Assembly (NCBI RefSeq): GCF_000143415.4
Contig: NW_003314290.1
Coordinates: 682,001 to 746,000 of the forward strand
From: Selaginella moellendorffii
Lineage: Eukaryota; Plantae; Lycopodiophyta
Reading direction: 5' to 3'
Length of the DNA: 64,000 nucleotides
Made by a program: the position numbers and the translations under genes. The notes under the pieces were generated by a model. It was not told where the DNA came from. It searched no databases and saw only the letters and a program-made list of their open reading frames with translations. Positions within the stretch are counted from its first letter, which is position 1, and every line of letters starts with the position of its first letter. Below are positions 59,769-64,000 of the stretch, piece after piece.

Positions 59769-61612
59769 ATGGGGTCACTCGATCGCCACCAGAGAACGGT
59801 GCTCCTTCTGGCTTCCATGCTCGCCATCGCCGCCGCCAAGTCCTTCATTCAGTCTTGCAACTCCGCCTCGCAGTGCTCCTCGCTGGTGGCCTACAGGACC
59901 CCGGCGGCGCAGAGCCTGGGCGCCATCGCCGCGCTCTTCAACATCGACACCGTCTCCCTCCTCGCCGCAAACAACCTCGACTTGCGATCCTCGCTCGACC
60001 CGGGCTCTCCCCAGCTCGTCATCGCGCCGCGCCGGATCGTCAAGGTCCCGATCTCCTGCTCCTGCGTCGATGGCATCTGGCGCGGCAATGCCACCCTCTA
60101 CAAGTCCCGCCCCGGCGACACGCTCGCCTCCATCGCCGACGCTCTCTTTGGGAAGCTCGTCACCGCCAAGCAGATTGCGCAAGCGAATGGCATCGCCGCG
60201 AACTTTGGTGGCGCGGTTGCGGCCGGGTCGACGCTGGTGATACCATTCTCGTGTGGATGCGGCGACCCTCTTGCCGGCGGTGGCACCGCGCTGCTCATGT
60301 CTTACGTGGTGCAAGGCGGCGACACGGTTGGCGAGCTTGCCCGGGAGTATGGATCGTTGCCGGGCGATTTCATGGCGCTCAATGGCGTCGCCAATGCGTC
60401 GGAGCTCGCGGCCGGGGACGTGGTTGCGGTTCCTATCCGAGGTAACGTTTGCTCTTCTTCGTGTTCTTCGTGTTCTTATAGCTTCCTTCCATGGTTTTTT
60501 TTATTGATCGTGCGTTGGATTAGCTTGTGGATCGAGTTTCCGTCGCAGCGCCTACGATTTTGGCCTCGTTGTGGCGAATGGAAGCTACATCATCACGGCT
60601 GGTCATTGCGTCCAGTGCAGTTGCTTGCCGAATCTCCAGCAGTAAGATCACGGATCACCATCTTTGTTTGCTTTCTTGCGCATTCAAAACTTTTGCTTTT
60701 TCTTCACAGTTCCTAGAAATATTTTTCTCGCTCTTTTCTTCTATGCATCGAGCAAATATTCGTAGCTATCGTCTTCACAGCCTTTTTTTTTTCTTCATGC
60801 ATCGTATATCATATGCGCGTGCTTTTCCCAAGTTTTCATTGCATCGGCTGCAAAGCTTTCTCGCTTTCGTTTTCGATCACTTCCAATTTTTCTAAAGATT
60901 ACTAGCTAGCAAACTTCATTGATCATTTCATCTCATATCATTAGTTTCTCTTTTTCTTTCAGTTGCATCTAGCAAATTTCTTGCGCCTCCTTTCTCGATC
61001 ACTTTGAAACTTTTCGATGATCGCTAATGATACTTCCTCCGCAGAGTGTATTGCACGCCAGCCCCGGGGGTCATCAGTGGATCCTGCCCGGACATGAGAT
61101 GCCTGGGAACGAACCTCACCGTCGGGGCCATGGCCACCGCGGCATCCGTCCAAGGCTGCAACGTTACGTCCTGTCTCTACACCGGCTTCAAGAAAAAAAT
61201 CATCCTCTCCAGGTACTCAAGACCTTTCACGCAAAACTCGATCAAAAACTCATTTTTCTCTTTGAATCACAGCTTACAATCGGTAATTCTAAACTCATGT
61301 CCAGGTACTACGACGTTTTTCATGACTTTTTTCTTGGTTGGCCCTTTGCATTTAAAGCTGATGTTGGATATCTGGAACTTTGTAGCTCCACCACCTCCAC
61401 CAAGCTATAAATCCGCCGGTGGCTCGCTTGCTCTTCCGCCAGCCGCGGCTCCCGGATCCTCAGGCCTTACAACGCCCGGCGTCACCATCCCTGCCAGCGG
61501 CAACTCGGCCTTCGCTCCAGGGCCTTCTACCGCGGCTGCCGCAGGAACTTTCTCGCAAATCCGGTTTGGATCTCTATCTCTCGTCTTGTTGCTGGTGGTT
61601 TTGATGATCTAG
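59769..61612 (+). CDS. LysM-domain GPI-anchored protein (LYM/CEBiP family), multi-exon
   Basis: Signal peptide; LysM-like repeats separated by CSC/CGC (YKSRPGDTLASIA; YVVQGGDTVGELA); VANGSYIITAGHCVQCSC; Pro/Ser/Ala stalk and hydrophobic C-terminal tail. Confidence 0.9.
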
Positions 61613-63070
61613 TATGAGTGACCATCGCGATCTAGATATGTCATCAATCCTCCAAAAGTTTTGCCAACAAAATCGGAGTGTTATGATCTTGTCACTCACT
61701 AGTACAACAGTGTTCTTGAGTATGGGACCCTGCTTGTCCATCCAATGGATTAACTTGGACGGTGATCTTCGCTTCCAAGTGTCGAGTGGACACTACTCTT
61801 TGTTTTTTTTCCTTTATATTCCTGAAGTTCTTGTGTTCTTCCGCGACTCATTGATGAGAACTTAAAGCACCGCCAAGATCCAGGCTCTTTTTGGTGCCGA
61901 CGCTTGGAAATCACTGATCCTTGTCTTGATTTGCAACCCTCCAGGGAAGAATCTAAGATCTGACTGGGAGTTTGCGTAGAGGTTAGTGATTCTTGTCTTA
62001 ATTCGCCAGCTCGTTAGAGTGGAAGATTTTTTCTCGCTCGCGTCAACAAGGACAAGCGGCGTCCAAAGAATCTTCCACACACAAACTAAACGATGCTTCC
62101 TTTCGACTCACGCGTACTGTAAATCGTTTTCCTGACGATGATGATAATCTAAACACTGGATTCGTTTGGATTGGATCGAAACACTGGTGGTGCCACTGAT
62201 CATAGGATCCGCTCTCCATTGTTTACTTTGTCTAGAATTTATTTTTCTACAAAATCGCGTTTTCGCGTCCATGGCCTCTCAAAGTGGACTTCTTCGAAAG
62301 TCAATGTTTTCTTAAGATTTGCCTAGGATAATCATGCGTCGTTAGTGTAAAACTAATACATGGATGGAAAAAACGTGTGCTCCATGCTAGCCGCCAGTTA
62401 ACTCCCAAATGCGAACTTTTATTGACAGCCACACGATGAGAAATAACTGACAGATAGTTCCGTTAGATCTTTCACACTTGGAAATTCTTTTTTCTAGAAA
62501 TTTCATGCAGGACAAAAACGTGGCGCATTGCTACACGCCCACGTGTGCATTGGTATCTGGCCACACGAAAACCAAGTCTTCCGACCACCCAACGGCAGAT
62601 CTATGCCGTTCAAACATGACCCTACATTCCCTCCACGGAATTTCAAACGAACTGGGGCCGTTGATCTTGACCACGGAATGTCGCGACACACAACACGCGA
62701 TTCCAGTGCCTGGTGAAACAGGGAAAGTGGCCGAGGCGTTTAAAGCCCGTCTTCCTCTCACTCTCTCGGTCGCTGGCTGGCCCAAGCATCGCATCACTCG
62801 ATTGCCGATCGCAATTTTGCTTTTCTTCGCCGACTGATCGATCGATCCACCGCATATATTCGCTTGCGGTGTGCGCATCTTCCACTCTACGCCCCTGTTC
62901 TTGGTTCTTGATTAGGTGATAGAAAGAAAGCAAAGAAAGGAAGGAAAGATATAGCCCAATTGCCCACTTCCTCGTGAGGAGATCCTCCTTTCCTCTTATC
63001 TGGGTCGCCAATTGGCGGCGGATTCCTCCCTTTGGCTCATCTGGGCTCTCAGCCCGATCGATTTCTCGGC

Positions 63071-63445
63071 ATGGGCAATCCCTCTTTCTCCTCGGCGGGC
63101 GACAAGGGCGCGGATTCCACCGCCAGGCAAGTCAATTCATCGTCCAGGGGGACCAGCTCCTCGCCAATCCGGAGGCTGTCGGCGTCGAATCTGCAGCAGT
63201 GGAGCTCGGGCAGCAGCGAGACGATCTTGCTCCACGGCCAGGTCGCCAAGCTCCGGATCGAGGAGAGGTACATGAGCGAGGAGGTGGAAACAGAGGGTGT
63301 GGAGAGGCTGGCGCTCAGCCAAATCCTCAAGGAATTCTCGGCGGCCACGGCCGCGGCAGCGCAGCAGCAGCACGAGGAATTGATCCGGCCGGTGCTCATG
63401 CCATCGCCGCTGGGGCTCCAGCGGACGTTCGCGGCCTCTGGATGA
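63071..63445 (+). CDS. Small uncharacterised protein (124 aa)
   Basis: GC-rich single-exon ORF with QVAKLRIE...RPVL..SPLG segments, reminiscent of small uncharacterised plant proteins (from memory only). Confidence 0.55.
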   Translation: MGNPSFSSAGDKGADSTARQVNSSSRGTSSSPIRRLSASNLQQWSSGSSETILLHGQVAKLRIEERYMSEEVETEGVERLALSQILKEFSAATAAAAQQQHEELIRPVLMPSPLGLQRTFAASG

Positions 63446-64000
63446 AAGAATCTCCCAAATCCCCCTCTAGGATCATAAAAAGGGAAGCTTTCTCATCTTC
63501 CCTTGTTCTCGGGGGAGAGCTTTGTAAATTATGGTGACTTCTACACAGCAGCAGCATAGGATCATAGCGAGCGAGCGAGCGAGCGAGCGAGAATTTGGTC
63601 TGGGCGGGCGTTGTAGCTTCCATGGATCACTCACAGGAAAGAGGGGAAAAAAAAAAAAAAAACAAAGACCCTGTTTTTACTAATTGTTTTCTTCTTCTCA
63701 GTGTTAGTGTGATCTAGAGAGAAGGTTCCATGTACACAATTGACAATGCCCGGAAGATCATCCTTTTCCATCTCTCTCAATAAAAAGGAAATCTCACTCG
63801 CTTCATCGCTATTGATTTGATTTGAGAACTTCTCGTTTGTTTTTTTCTCTCCCACGTGTTTTCGTACGGTGAGAATATCCCGGAATCTTCCCCTTTTTAA
63901 AGGTAGCGCTGCTAAAGGAGATCGAGCGAAGAGGAGAGAGAAAAAATGCCGTGCTTGCTCGCGCTTCGCTGCGAGATTGCCACTCACAGTCCGCATGAAT

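Overview
Gene-dense land-plant nuclear DNA with very short introns and many intronless PPR genes. This pattern is most consistent with the lycophyte Selaginella (inference, not checked). The first ~19 kb is a rearranged mosaic built around Helitrons. It has a decayed intronless Rep/helicase (15857-18736), two matching Helitron 3' termini (CTAG at 7960-7963 and 18876-18879) and a decayed CACTA element. It also carries two differently shuffled copies of captured gene pieces (RCL1, an RPA70-like OB fold, unidentified exons) and inverted copies of the neighbouring PPR and WAT1 genes. One junction fuses an RCL1 exon in frame to a PLS-PPR reading frame that stays open to the window edge, while the other copy of that PPR-DYW gene is broken. 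From 19 to 50 kb the genes are: PPR-DYW pseudogene, 1268-aa PLS-E PPR, WAT1/UMAMIT, DUF760, three tandem GH18 class III chitinases (one with a hevein domain), F-box, divergent PP2C, a second decayed CACTA-like transposase, a ginkbilobin-2/DUF26 protein, a C2H2-finger protein, folate carrier FOLT1, two tRNA-Ser and a P-class PPR. The 50.4-59.5 kb stretch is LTR-retroelement debris with satellites and two N gaps, followed by a LysM GPI-anchored protein and a small ORF. All family calls come from motif recognition by eye; no searches were run.
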